Source: Candidatus Latescibacterota bacterium
GTDB taxonomy: Bacteria > Latescibacterota > UBA2968 > UBA8231
Assembly (NCBI GenBank): GCA_965200315.1
Contig: OZ241362.1
Coordinates: 160,001 to 224,000, forward strand
Reading direction: 5' to 3'
DNA length: 64,000 nucleotides
Shown here: positions 18,804 to 27,754 of the stretch, in pieces
Numbering within the stretch: position 1 is the stretch's first letter
Layout: every line of letters starts with the position of its first letter
Position numbers and translations under genes: made by a program
The notes under the pieces: model-generated
The model's input: only the letters and a program-made list of their open reading frames with translations
Databases searched by the model: none
What the model was told of the DNA's origin: nothing

Positions 18804-21095
18804 ATGAACAATCAGAGAAATCAGCCTATGCAAGGTGCCGGACTGGAAAAGGACCTTCTACAATGCCGCGAGGCGGCTAAGTACGCCATGCGTACCACCG
18901 AACCTCGGGTTCGTGCCCTGCGCGACGTGTTGGTCGAGTATCGACAGGCCGTCGAAGAGATAGGGGTTGTAGAAAGTGAATCCAAGACTGTGCGAGAGAC
19001 AGCCGGAGAGTTCGCTGGGGAACTAGAAAAAGTCAAGGAGATATTACTTCGTCTTACCGATGAGGCAGGCAAAGACCTAGACAGTACTCTCAAAGGCTTA
19101 CAAAAGAGCAGAGGGCTCGTCACCATTGCGCTATTCGGACAAACACGTGCGGGGAAGAGTACGACACTGGAGGCGCTTACAGGTGGAGACGGTACGACTA
19201 TCGGAATCGGACGACAACACACCACGACTCAGATCAAGCAGTACTTTTGGCCTCCGAAGCAAAAGACGTTACGCATTGTAGATACGCCGGGCATTGAGGG
19301 GTTTAAGGGGGAGGAACTCGCGGCTCAGGCACATGATTTCGTCGAACTGGCTGACCATATCTTTTTTTTACTGTCAGACGACAAGGTACGAGCGGGGGAA
19401 TTAGAGCATTTCGCAGAGATACGGAGCATGGGCAAAGGAATTACTGTCCTCCTGAATGTGAAAAGAAACGACGAGGATCTGATCGAGGATCTACAGGATC
19501 CAGACTTCTCGTTTGAGGACTTGCTCGACGACTTATTCGATGAATGCAAGATCGCGGGGCATGTTCAGCGGATAGAAGAGTATCTTGAGCGCAATCACAA
19601 CATCTCTAAGCCCACGGTCTTACCGATCCACGCACGAGCCGCTTGGCTCGCTACGCAGTCAAATCACAAGAATAACGTAGAGTGCCTTCGTGAGTTAAGC
19701 CGGATTGCCTCAGTCGAGCAACGGATTCGGGAGTTTATTGAGACGGAGGCTCTCGGGGCGCGTATCGAGTCTCCGGGTCAAGCGCTGCGAAGTCATGTGG
19801 TTTCCGTCAAGGACGAGCTCAGGATATTCGCCGGGAAGTTCCGCGACAGTATGTCTCAGACGGATGAGCAACGAAAGGCACTCGAGAAGGCTGTAAGGAA
19901 CGCGGCTCAGAAGGCAAAGGGCCGGCTATCAAAGGTGAAGATGGCCTTCCAGAAAGCCGACGAGCAGATACCTATCTTGGTGGATGGGCTAATTGTGGAG
20001 CGAGGCGGAGGCAAGAAACTCCGTTCCGATTGGGAGAAAATCCTGAAGTCAAACGGCGTGGGCGATGCTCCTCAGAAGTTCGTCGCGGATGCGAGGAGCC
20101 TCTTTAAGAAGGAACTTAAGGAGCAGGTCCGTCGATTAGAATTCAATGCCAAGTTTGAGTCAAATCTCGGTGGCGTACAGTCCGAATTCAAAAAAATCGA
20201 CGATTATCGCGAAAACGATAAGTACCGACGAATAGTCCGAGCAGGCATAAAGACAGCGGGTAGTTTAGCCGGTGGTGCACTCACGACTTGGGCTATAGGA
20301 AACTTCTGGAATCCCACAGGGTGGGTTGCCGGCGCGGCCGCGGTCGTACTTTTCGGTGGAGCAGGAGCACTCGCCGGAGGAAAAGCCTCTGGCGAAATTG
20401 CTGATGAGTGGCGCAAGGCCAATCAAAAAGACCTGCGAAAGCACCGAGATGATATTGTGTATAAACTCAGGAAGGGACTGTCGGAACAGTATCAAAAAAC
20501 AAACAATGATTGCTCCGACTGGCTCAACCGGTACGAGGAAACACTGCTCAAGGACATTCAGGAACCTTTACGACAAGTATCGTACGCACAAAAGCAACTA
20601 TGGCGGACTGCTGTGGACAGCCTCGAAAAACTTGACAACCTCTTGGACAGCCTAGAGCTTGACGCAGTTACGAAGCTTGCAGAGCTTGCTGTGCCTGAAA
20701 TTAAAGAAGGCAACATCGAGCTAATCCGAGCAGTACGCTGGGAAGGACATTGTAAGCTACTCGTAGCCCCAGTACGACCTATGGACAATGTGCTAGGACG
20801 TTGCATCGGTCGTGGCGGCGAACATATAAAGAAGCTGAGGGACTTGCTTAACGGCGACCATGTCGCTTGGGTGGAATCCAAAGTGGATTTCCGAACGCAG
20901 ATCGAGCAGGCATTACGCCCCGCACACATTGATGTTCTCAACGTCGGGATTATTAACGCAGATAAACCCATCAACGTGACAGTATCCTCAGATCAGATGA
21001 AACTCGCCATTGGCAGGCACGGGTCGAACGTGAAGATGGCTGAACGCCTCCTTCAAGTCGACAGAATTAACATCAGACAATTGGGGAAAAAATGA
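18804..21095 (+). CDS. dynamin-like GTPase (LeoBC-like) fused to C-terminal NusA-type KH1-KH2 domains
   Basis: GQTRAGKST, DTPG, long helical stalk, hydrophobic Gly/Ala paddle (FWNPTGW), then VPEI..CIGRGG..ALRPA..LAIGRHGSNVK; start uncertain (18765-18828). Confidence 0.85.
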   Translation: MNNQRNQPMQGAGLEKDLLQCREAAKYAMRTTEPRVRALRDVLVEYRQAVEEIGVVESESKTVRETAGEFAGELEKVKEILLRLTDEAGKDLDSTLKGLQKSRGLVTIALFGQTRAGKSTTLEALTGGDGTTIGIGRQHTTTQIKQYFWPPKQKTLRIVDTPGIEGFKGEELAAQAHDFVELADHIFFLLSDDKVRAGELEHFAEIRSMGKGITVLLNVKRNDEDLIEDLQDPDFSFEDLLDDLFDECKIAGHVQRIEEYLERNHNISKPTVLPIHARAAWLATQSNHKNNVECLRELSRIASVEQRIREFIETEALGARIESPGQALRSHVVSVKDELRIFAGKFRDSMSQTDEQRKALEKAVRNAAQKAKGRLSKVKMAFQKADEQIPILVDGLIVERGGGKKLRSDWEKILKSNGVGDAPQKFVADARSLFKKELKEQVRRLEFNAKFESNLGGVQSEFKKIDDYRENDKYRRIVRAGIKTAGSLAGGALTTWAIGNFWNPTGWVAGAAAVVLFGGAGALAGGKASGEIADEWRKANQKDLRKHRDDIVYKLRKGLSEQYQKTNNDCSDWLNRYEETLLKDIQEPLRQVSYAQKQLWRTAVDSLEKLDNLLDSLELDAVTKLAELAVPEIKEGNIELIRAVRWEGHCKLLVAPVRPMDNVLGRCIGRGGEHIKKLRDLLNGDHVAWVESKVDFRTQIEQALRPAHIDVLNVGIINADKPINVTVSSDQMKLAIGRHGSNVKMAERLLQVDRINIRQLGKK

Positions 21096-22777
21096 ACGGG
21101 ATCAAATTTGGACAACAACGAGAAGCCATCCGCAAACTGCTGGAAGACTGGCAGAAGCAGATCGATGCAGAGCAAATTGATGCAGATCTGAAAGGTACGC
21201 TTCGCGCAGCGGCTGATGGTGCTTTAGAGGTCTTTGAAACGGAGGCTAAGTACCGAGTTTCATTGCTTGGGGAATTCAGTGCGGGGAAATCATCTCTTAT
21301 CATGGCACTGACGGGAGCCGAGGTTGATACGAGTCCAGGTCCCACCACTAAGGAAGCGAAGGAATTCAAGTGGAAGGGGGTGACGCTCGTCGACACTCCG
21401 GGTATCCAAGCGGAAGCCGAAAACACTGACCATGACGAAATCGCACGTGCATCAACGTTGGATTCAGATTTAATTCTCTTCGTCCTAACCAATGAGCTCT
21501 TTAATAATAGACTAGTAACTCACTTCAACTTTGTCGCCAGACCCAGCTACTTGGGGTTGGCGGGTAAAATGCTGGTGATCGTCAACAAAATGGACCGGGA
21601 AGACAAGAAGGATCGGGACGAGGAGATTATCTCCGAGGTCGAAAAAGCGATCGAACCTCTTAGCCTTCCTGTACATTTGGCGGCTGTTGATAGCTACCTG
21701 AAGAGTCAGAAATCCGATGGCAGCAGGAAGGAACGACTCTTGAAAAGCAGCCGTATCCCAGAACTCGTGGCCGCAATTGATGGATTCATCAAAGAACAAG
21801 GTGAATTGGGACGTCTTATCAGACCACTACAACTGTTTGACGCAGCGCTTGAAGAACAGCGCGATAGCCTCCTCGGTGACGATGAGAGCGCAAGCCAAGA
21901 GATGGAGAATAATCGCAGACAGAAGCGCATAGTCGATGAAGCTAACCAACAACTCACCTCGCATGCGAGCGAGTGGGTCTCGGAACTTCGACGTATTGCG
22001 CTGTCCCGCACCACCGATACACTGAATTTGGTAGCGGACGCCAAAACAAAAGAAGAACTTGAGGAACAGTTCCAAACAGCAGTCCAAGCCATCGAACCCG
22101 AGATCGACACCCACCTCGTCAACATAGACAATACCTTGCAGGGGTGGGCACGAGATTTTCAGGATAAAATCGAGGACCTCGATACGAGCGAGTTGGGAAA
22201 AAATATCCGGATTCCTAGAACTGCGGAGGGACGATCCGGTGGGTTTGAAGATCCGCTAACGCAAGGCTTCGACTTCGTTAAGGCCGGCAAAAAGATCCTC
22301 GGAGAGGGGCTTGGTTCTGTGTTAGGCAGCATATCAGAGAATCCTGAATCTGTAGTAAAATTGGTCGGCAGATTCAAAAAATTCAGACCGTGGGGAAAGA
22401 TCAAACTAGGCCAAAAAACTGCGGCGACGGCCGGAAAGGCTAGTAAGGCACTCGGTCCTCTGGCGGCGGCTGTCGACTTCTACGTGGAGTATCGAGACGA
22501 GAAAAATCGCGACGAAAAGGAACGTCAGCTAGCAAAAATACGGTTTTCTATGCAGCGAGAGTTCCAGAACATGGCCGACTGGCAAGTAAAGGAACTCCGT
22601 AAAGAACTAGATAGTATCCGAAAGGACACTATTGACAAGATGCTGCATCAGCTCGAAGAGCAGGCAGCGAAAATCGCTGCTGATGGAGCAAAGGAGAAGG
22701 AGGTGGCAGACCTCGCAAGCGAGTTCATCGGCAGAAGCCGTTCCCTGCGGAATGAGATTTCAGCCGCAGGGGATTGA
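21092..22777 (+). CDS. LeoA/HP0731-like dynamin-like GTPase
   Basis: GEFSAGKSS, PTT, DTPG, NKMD, KFRPWG motif as recalled for the LeoA family; ATGA-type overlap with the upstream GTPase. Confidence 0.85.
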   Translation: MNGIKFGQQREAIRKLLEDWQKQIDAEQIDADLKGTLRAAADGALEVFETEAKYRVSLLGEFSAGKSSLIMALTGAEVDTSPGPTTKEAKEFKWKGVTLVDTPGIQAEAENTDHDEIARASTLDSDLILFVLTNELFNNRLVTHFNFVARPSYLGLAGKMLVIVNKMDREDKKDRDEEIISEVEKAIEPLSLPVHLAAVDSYLKSQKSDGSRKERLLKSSRIPELVAAIDGFIKEQGELGRLIRPLQLFDAALEEQRDSLLGDDESASQEMENNRRQKRIVDEANQQLTSHASEWVSELRRIALSRTTDTLNLVADAKTKEELEEQFQTAVQAIEPEIDTHLVNIDNTLQGWARDFQDKIEDLDTSELGKNIRIPRTAEGRSGGFEDPLTQGFDFVKAGKKILGEGLGSVLGSISENPESVVKLVGRFKKFRPWGKIKLGQKTAATAGKASKALGPLAAAVDFYVEYRDEKNRDEKERQLAKIRFSMQREFQNMADWQVKELRKELDSIRKDTIDKMLHQLEEQAAKIAADGAKEKEVADLASEFIGRSRSLRNEISAAGD

Positions 22778-22794
22778 AAGCGGACCGAACACCT

Positions 22795-23301
22795 ATGTCC
22801 ACAGAGCTAACAGGATCCGTAAAACCTTCGGTCTATATCGAGTCATCCATAGTCAGCTATTTGGCATCGCGGCCCAGCCGGGATGTAATCATAGCGGCTC
22901 GACAAGCGATTTCTCACGATTGGTGGAGCAATCACCGGTATCGGTTTGATCTTCGCATTTCTGCACTAGTCGAAGAAGAAATTTGCCGTGGGGATGACGA
23001 GGTGGCTAAACGGCGTCTGGGTTGGATAGCCGAGATTCCGACTTGAAGATATCGGACCAAGCTACTGAATTGGCAGGACAGTTGCTGGCTGAAGGGGTTA
23101 TTCCCACCAGGAGTAAAGACGACGCGTTGCACATCGCAATTGCCGCCGCTGTAGGGTGCAGATTTCCTCCTAACTTGGAATTTCCGTCATATCAACAACG
23201 CCGGAACAAAATCGGCTATTACAAGGGTTGCCGGATCATGTGGATTTGTATGTCCACACATCTGTTCACCTGAAGAACTCGGAGGAGGTTCAGATGATTG
23301 A
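22795..23301 (+). pseudogene. VapC/PIN toxin with two frameshifts
   Basis: SVYIESSIVSYL...; shifted DALHIAIA; shifted back FLLTWNFRHINNA...ICSPEEL. Confidence 0.82.
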
Positions 23302-23467
23302 AGATCCCATTGTTGAGGAAATTCGCCAGCACCGTAAAGCCCATGCTGTCGAACATGGAAATGACCTTGGACGCATTGTTCAATCGCTCCGAAAGCGCGA
23401 ACGAGAATCTGATCGTCCGCTGCTAAATCCAGGGCCAAAGAAGCAATTAAGCCCAACCGAGAGCTGA
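23294..23467 (+). CDS. small putative antitoxin partner of the PIN toxin
   Basis: MIEDPIVEEIRQHR motif typical of genes following this PIN class; GGAGG RBS. Confidence 0.65.
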   Translation: MIEDPIVEEIRQHRKAHAVEHGNDLGRIVQSLRKRERESDRPLLNPGPKKQLSPTES

Positions 23468-23477
23468 TATTCGGCGG

Positions 23478-23549
23478 CTAAAAATCCGCGAATGCGCCGT
23501 CCCCTGGGTGGTGGCGCATCGTTCGCCGCCGTCAGGGACCACGGTGGGT
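23478..23549 (-). repeat. degenerate copy of the 3' end of the enolase-superfamily gene (24751-24822)
   Basis: 61/72 identical by manual alignment; encodes THRGP*RRRTMRHHPGDGAFADF*. Confidence 0.9.
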
Positions 23550-23631
23550 CTGATCGGGTCTTTGAGTTGGAATACATGCCATTTTAGCTGTGGCCGATCC
23601 TGAACGCGATATTCCAAGTACATGAAACGCT

Positions 23632-23670
23632 TTGACAAAATTTTTACAATATGTACGTTAAAGCTGTACA
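23632..23670 (+). promoter_or_regulatory. sigma70-type promoter with TGTAC operator sites for yefM-yoeB
   Basis: TTGACA-16bp-TACGTT overlapped by TGTACG (23652) and followed by TGTACA (23665). Confidence 0.6.
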
Positions 23671-23686
23671 TATCACGGAAAATCAA

Positions 23687-23977
23687 GTGACCACCGTTAC
23701 AACTTATACCCAAGCCCGAGCCGAACTCGCAGCGCTATGCGACGAAGTTGCCTCCACGCGCGAGCCGGTGATTATACGGCGGCGTAATGCTGAAGATGTC
23801 GCGCTGGTTTCAGCCGACGAATTAGCTAGCCTTCTCGAGACTGCTCATCTCCTCAGATCGCCCAAAAACGCCCAACGCCTTCTCGCGGCTATTAACCGCG
23901 CACAGAGCCGGGTGCTGTCGCCTTCTTCCGTAGAAGAGCTCCGCAGAGAACTCGGTCTTGTCGAAAAAGAAAAATAA
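23687..23977 (+). CDS. yefM: Phd/YefM antitoxin
   Basis: TYTQARAELA, PVIIRR, ETAHLLRSPKNAQRL. Confidence 0.92.
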   Translation: MTTVTTYTQARAELAALCDEVASTREPVIIRRRNAEDVALVSADELASLLETAHLLRSPKNAQRLLAAINRAQSRVLSPSSVEELRRELGLVEKEK

Positions 23978-24260
23978 AAGAAAGGGTGCTCCCGCCACTC
24001 GCGAGTGGATAGGGGTATTTCATCCTGAGTTCGTTGAAGATCTGCGTTATTGGGTACATACTAATCGCAAAATAACTCTCCGCGCTTTTGATCTGATACA
24101 GGCCGTACTCCGCGCCCCATTTTCAGGTATCGGCAAACCCGAACCCCTCAAATACTTACCGTCGGGAACTTGGTCGCGGCGTCTTACGGAGCAACATCAC
24201 CTAGTGTATATGGTAAGTGAAGGACGTATAGATTTCCTACAGGCACGCTACCATTACTGA
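23958..24260 (+). CDS. yoeB: Txe/YoeB toxin
   Basis: EDLRYW, PFSGIGKPEPLK, WSRRL, QARYHY. Confidence 0.92.
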   Translation: MSKKKNKRKGAPATREWIGVFHPEFVEDLRYWVHTNRKITLRAFDLIQAVLRAPFSGIGKPEPLKYLPSGTWSRRLTEQHHLVYMVSEGRIDFLQARYHY

Positions 24261-24391
24261 TTCCGGCTCAGTCAGCTTTTTTGTCTCGGCAGACCTCGGA
24301 CGGTCTGGTGCAAATGCGTCGGGGCGAAGACAGATTAAGGTCAAGTGCTATCAGCCGCAGGTAGTGTGATAAAATCGAGATACGGAATCCC

Positions 24392-24715
24392 TTACTCCCC
24401 CGCGCCTGCGCCATCTCTAGACCATATTGCAAGGGACGAAGAGGAAGTCGGGATTCTGGCCGAAAACTCAACCGGCTGTTTTTGGAGAGGTTTAAAAGAA
24501 CCTTGAACCTGTTTGTTCAAGGCGGCAGCGATTCGCCGAAGCACATCAAGTGAGTCCCCTTCGTAATCTGCGTTTTCAAGTTTACATATCACAGATACCG
24601 ACGTACCGCTTTTTGGGGCCAATGCCCGTTGGGATAGGTCAAGTTGGGTTCTGAATTGATAAAGTTCAGCAGCGACTTCGGCGCACAGCCGTTCTTCTTT
24701 TGTGAGAGTTTCCAT
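24392..24715 (-). CDS. XRE-family HTH protein (orphan antitoxin-like, possibly degenerate)
   Basis: LSQRALA..SGTSVSVICKLENADYEG.SL.VLRRIAAAL. Confidence 0.7.
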   Translation of the reverse strand: METLTKEERLCAEVAAELYQFRTQLDLSQRALAPKSGTSVSVICKLENADYEGDSLDVLRRIAAALNKQVQGSFKPLQKQPVEFSARIPTSSSSLAIWSRDGAGAGE

Positions 24716-24750
24716 TTCCGAATCGCCCTCAACATAGCACTTATTATCTG

Positions 24751-25881
24751 CTAAAAATCCGCGAATGAGCCGTCCTCGGGGTGGCGGCGCATCGTCCGCT
24801 GCCGCCAGGGGCCGCGATGAGTAGCCGCTTCTAACCCCTCTAAGTCGATCTCCACGCCTAGCCCCGGCCCGCGGGGCAATTCCACGAATCCATCCTTCAT
24901 GTGCAAAGGTTCGGTGAAAAACCCTTCGCCGCCACCACCGCCGTATTCCATGATGAGGAAGTTGGGTGTGCCGGCCATCGCGTGCATGGAGGCGACGATG
25001 CCGAGGGGGTCGGCGGCGTTGTGGGGCGCGACGGCTATTTCGTGGACTTCGGCTAGGGCGGCAATTTTCTTCATTTCGAGGATGCCGCCGCAGTGGCGGA
25101 TATCGGGTTGGACGATGGCCGCAGCCTTGCGCTCGCACAGTTCGCGGAAGCCCCAGCGGGTGGCGCAGCGCTCGCCGGTGGCGATGGGGATACAGGTCGA
25201 GCGCGTCAGTTCTAGCAGGGGGCCGATATTGTCGGTGGAACGGGTCGGCTCCTCGACGAAGAGCGGCTTGAGTGGCTCGAGTTCGTTCAGGAGTACTTTG
25301 GCCAAGGCCGGGCTGGTAGCGCGGTGGAAGTCAATGGCAATGTCGATAGCCGGGCCGACGGCTTCGCGCATGGCCGCCATGAGGGACACGACTCGCTCGA
25401 TCCCCGCCGGGGTTTCGATGGGGCGCACGGGAGTGGGGAAGGGGGTGGTTTTGAGCGCTGTAAAGCCTTGTTCGACGCACTGGCGGGCGGCTTGGGCGGC
25501 TTGCTCTGGGGTGGGACCCCCAGCGGCTCCATAGACGCGGATTCTCTCGCGCACTGATCCGCCTAATAGCTGCCACACGGGTAAGTTAGCGGTTTTTCCT
25601 AACAGGTCCAGACAGGCCATTTCTATACCGCTGAGGGCGGCCAACAGGATCGGCATCTGGCGGGAATAGCTGGAGCGGTAGAGCGTCTGCCAGTGGTCTT
25701 CGATTTGCAGGGGATCGCGGCCGATCAGGTAATCGCCCATGTCGAGGATGGCCCGCTCCACCGTGCGGCCGTGTTCGTAGTTCATGGGGGAACCCAGACC
25801 GGTGAGGCCGGCGTCGGTTTCGACTTGGAGCAAGAGGCCGCGATTGTTGAGGGGCGCGACGTCGAAGCGGGTAATTTTCAT
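24751..25881 (-). CDS. mandelate racemase/galactonate dehydratase-like enolase-superfamily enzyme
   Basis: IDFH, FVEEP, PIATGER, QPDIRHCGG, APHN, PGLGVE. Confidence 0.9.
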   Translation of the reverse strand: MKITRFDVAPLNNRGLLLQVETDAGLTGLGSPMNYEHGRTVERAILDMGDYLIGRDPLQIEDHWQTLYRSSYSRQMPILLAALSGIEMACLDLLGKTANLPVWQLLGGSVRERIRVYGAAGGPTPEQAAQAARQCVEQGFTALKTTPFPTPVRPIETPAGIERVVSLMAAMREAVGPAIDIAIDFHRATSPALAKVLLNELEPLKPLFVEEPTRSTDNIGPLLELTRSTCIPIATGERCATRWGFRELCERKAAAIVQPDIRHCGGILEMKKIAALAEVHEIAVAPHNAADPLGIVASMHAMAGTPNFLIMEYGGGGGEGFFTEPLHMKDGFVELPRGPGLGVEIDLEGLEAATHRGPWRQRTMRRHPEDGSFADF

Positions 25882-26861
25882 TGCAGCCACGCCTTGACCC
25901 GGGGGTGGGCGAGTACCTCTGGGTTGAGGATGTATTCGGGCTGGCGGCCGGCGATGGCGGCTGAGACTTGCTCGATGCCCTTGGCGTCGAGACGCATGGT
26001 GGATTCGACCGTAATGCCGGCGTTGTGGTTGGTGCAGATGATGCGCGGGTGATCCTTGTGGATGGCGCGGGTGTCGTTGACTGGATCGTCAACCACGTAG
26101 TAATAGAGCTTTTCCTCTTCGATGGCGCGGTGGACGTCCTCGTCGTTGACGAGGTTGCCCCGCGAGGGATTGATTAGCGAGGCGTGGGGCTGCATCAGGC
26201 TGAGCAGATCGTAGCCGACGATGGTGTCGTCGCCCGAGACGTGGAGCGAGACCGTGTCGCACTCGCGAAAGAGCGTTTGGGGCGAGTCGGCGACTTCGGC
26301 CCCGTATTGGGCGGCGATGTCGGCGATGTCGGGGCGGGTGTCGTACACGAGCAGGCGACCGCCCTCGCCCAAGAGCGGCACGGTGCGCTGGGCCACCTCT
26401 TGGCCGATGCGGCCGCAGCCGTACAGGCCGAGGGTGGTGTGTTGGGCCTCATAGGTGCGGATGATGGAGAAGTCGCCTCGGTGGGAAAGGTAATTGAGGG
26501 TATAGACCCGCTTGAGGGTGGCCATCCACTGAGCGATGGCGTATTCGGCAACCGCGTCCATGTGAACCGGCGTCACGGTGATGATTACGCCGTGGCGGGT
26601 AGCCGCTGGGACATTGACCTTGTCAAAGCCCACGCCCCAACGGGCGACGATGCGCAAATCCTTGGCCGCCGCGTAAAATTCGTCCGTATAGACCGATGAA
26701 CTGGCGATAGAGGCGATTAGGTCGGGCGCGTGTTCGGCCGTGAGAACGGCTGGCTCCGGGATAATGGCGCCCAAGGAGCGGAGCTTTGCGAGGCCCTGCT
26801 CGCGCTCACTGGAGGCGAATTCGGCGTTTTGGAACTGGGCGGTGAGCATGATGTTCGGCAT
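25878..26861 (-). CDS. D-isomer-specific 2-hydroxyacid dehydrogenase family
   Basis: RWGVGFDKV, GCGRIG, INPSRG, TNHNAG. Confidence 0.88.
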   Translation of the reverse strand: MPNIMLTAQFQNAEFASSEREQGLAKLRSLGAIIPEPAVLTAEHAPDLIASIASSSVYTDEFYAAAKDLRIVARWGVGFDKVNVPAATRHGVIITVTPVHMDAVAEYAIAQWMATLKRVYTLNYLSHRGDFSIIRTYEAQHTTLGLYGCGRIGQEVAQRTVPLLGEGGRLLVYDTRPDIADIAAQYGAEVADSPQTLFRECDTVSLHVSGDDTIVGYDLLSLMQPHASLINPSRGNLVNDEDVHRAIEEEKLYYYVVDDPVNDTRAIHKDHPRIICTNHNAGITVESTMRLDAKGIEQVSAAIAGRQPEYILNPEVLAHPRVKAWLQ

Positions 26862-26886
26862 GGTGATTCCTTTCTACTGCAATGGG

Positions 26887-27747
26887 TTAATCGACTTCAC
26901 TTGCGGCCGGAATTGAATCCATGGCCCCTAGGCGGGTGACGCACAGGGCCGCAGCCTGTACTGCGCGGGTCATGGCGTCTCCCGCGGTCAGGCCAGCGGT
27001 CAAGCCGTGTAGAAAATAGCCGATGAAGGTGTCGCCCGCCCCCGTTGTATCTATCGCTTCGACAGGCGGTGCTGGAAGGTGGAATTTTTCGGTTGGGGAG
27101 CGGTACTGGGCACCAGCATCTCCCAGCGTGAGCGCGATCTGGGCATGGGGGCAAAGCGCGGCCAGTGCATCAAGATCGGATGAGCCGGCAAGGCCGGTGG
27201 CCTCGGTTTGGTTGACGATGAGCAAATCAACCCATTTGAGGGGATACGCGCAGACCTCTGGGCCAAAGGGCGCGGGGTTTAAGCAGATCGTCAAGCCTCG
27301 CTCGGCGGCTGCGGCGATAATGTAAGCAACGTCGTTTATTTCGTTCTGCAAGAGGAGGATATCTCCTCGGTCAAAATGGGACAGCGCGGCGTCTATTGCC
27401 CGTTTGTCTATTTGGGCATTAGCCCCGGCAAAGAGGACGATGCTGTTTTGGCCGTGGCGGTCCACTTGGATAATGGCGTGTCCGGTAGGTACGTCGCCGA
27501 CGCGGATGTGCTGCACATCCACGCCCAGCCCAGCTAATTTATCGACCAGCCATTGCCCGTCTGGCCCGACTTGACCGGCGTGAAAGACGTACGCACCGGC
27601 GCGGGCAAGGGCGGCTGATTGATTCGCGCCCTTGCCGCCGGCAAAGACTTGGTGGGACGAGCTGGCGATGGTCTCGCCCGGGTGGGCGATGTGCTCGACG
27701 CGATAGACGAGGTCGATGTTGAGCGAGCCGAAGTTGAGGATGTTCAT
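26887..27747 (-). CDS. rbsK: ribokinase (PfkB family)
   Basis: GSLNID, GGKGANQ, LLQNE, DTTGAGDTF. Confidence 0.88.
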   Translation of the reverse strand: MNILNFGSLNIDLVYRVEHIAHPGETIASSSHQVFAGGKGANQSAALARAGAYVFHAGQVGPDGQWLVDKLAGLGVDVQHIRVGDVPTGHAIIQVDRHGQNSIVLFAGANAQIDKRAIDAALSHFDRGDILLLQNEINDVAYIIAAAAERGLTICLNPAPFGPEVCAYPLKWVDLLIVNQTEATGLAGSSDLDALAALCPHAQIALTLGDAGAQYRSPTEKFHLPAPPVEAIDTTGAGDTFIGYFLHGLTAGLTAGDAMTRAVQAAALCVTRLGAMDSIPAASEVD

Positions 27748-27754
27748 TAATTAT

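Noticed and set aside
20664-21095. A nusA pseudogene accidentally adjacent to the GTPase
   Set aside because: It is in frame with the GTPase, lacks NusA NTD and S1, has no rimP/infB context, and its stop overlaps the next GTPase start
24716-25138. N-terminal extension of the 248-aa ORF 24392-25138
   Set aside because: Alternate-frame overlap with the dehydratase; only the XRE part from 24715 is credible
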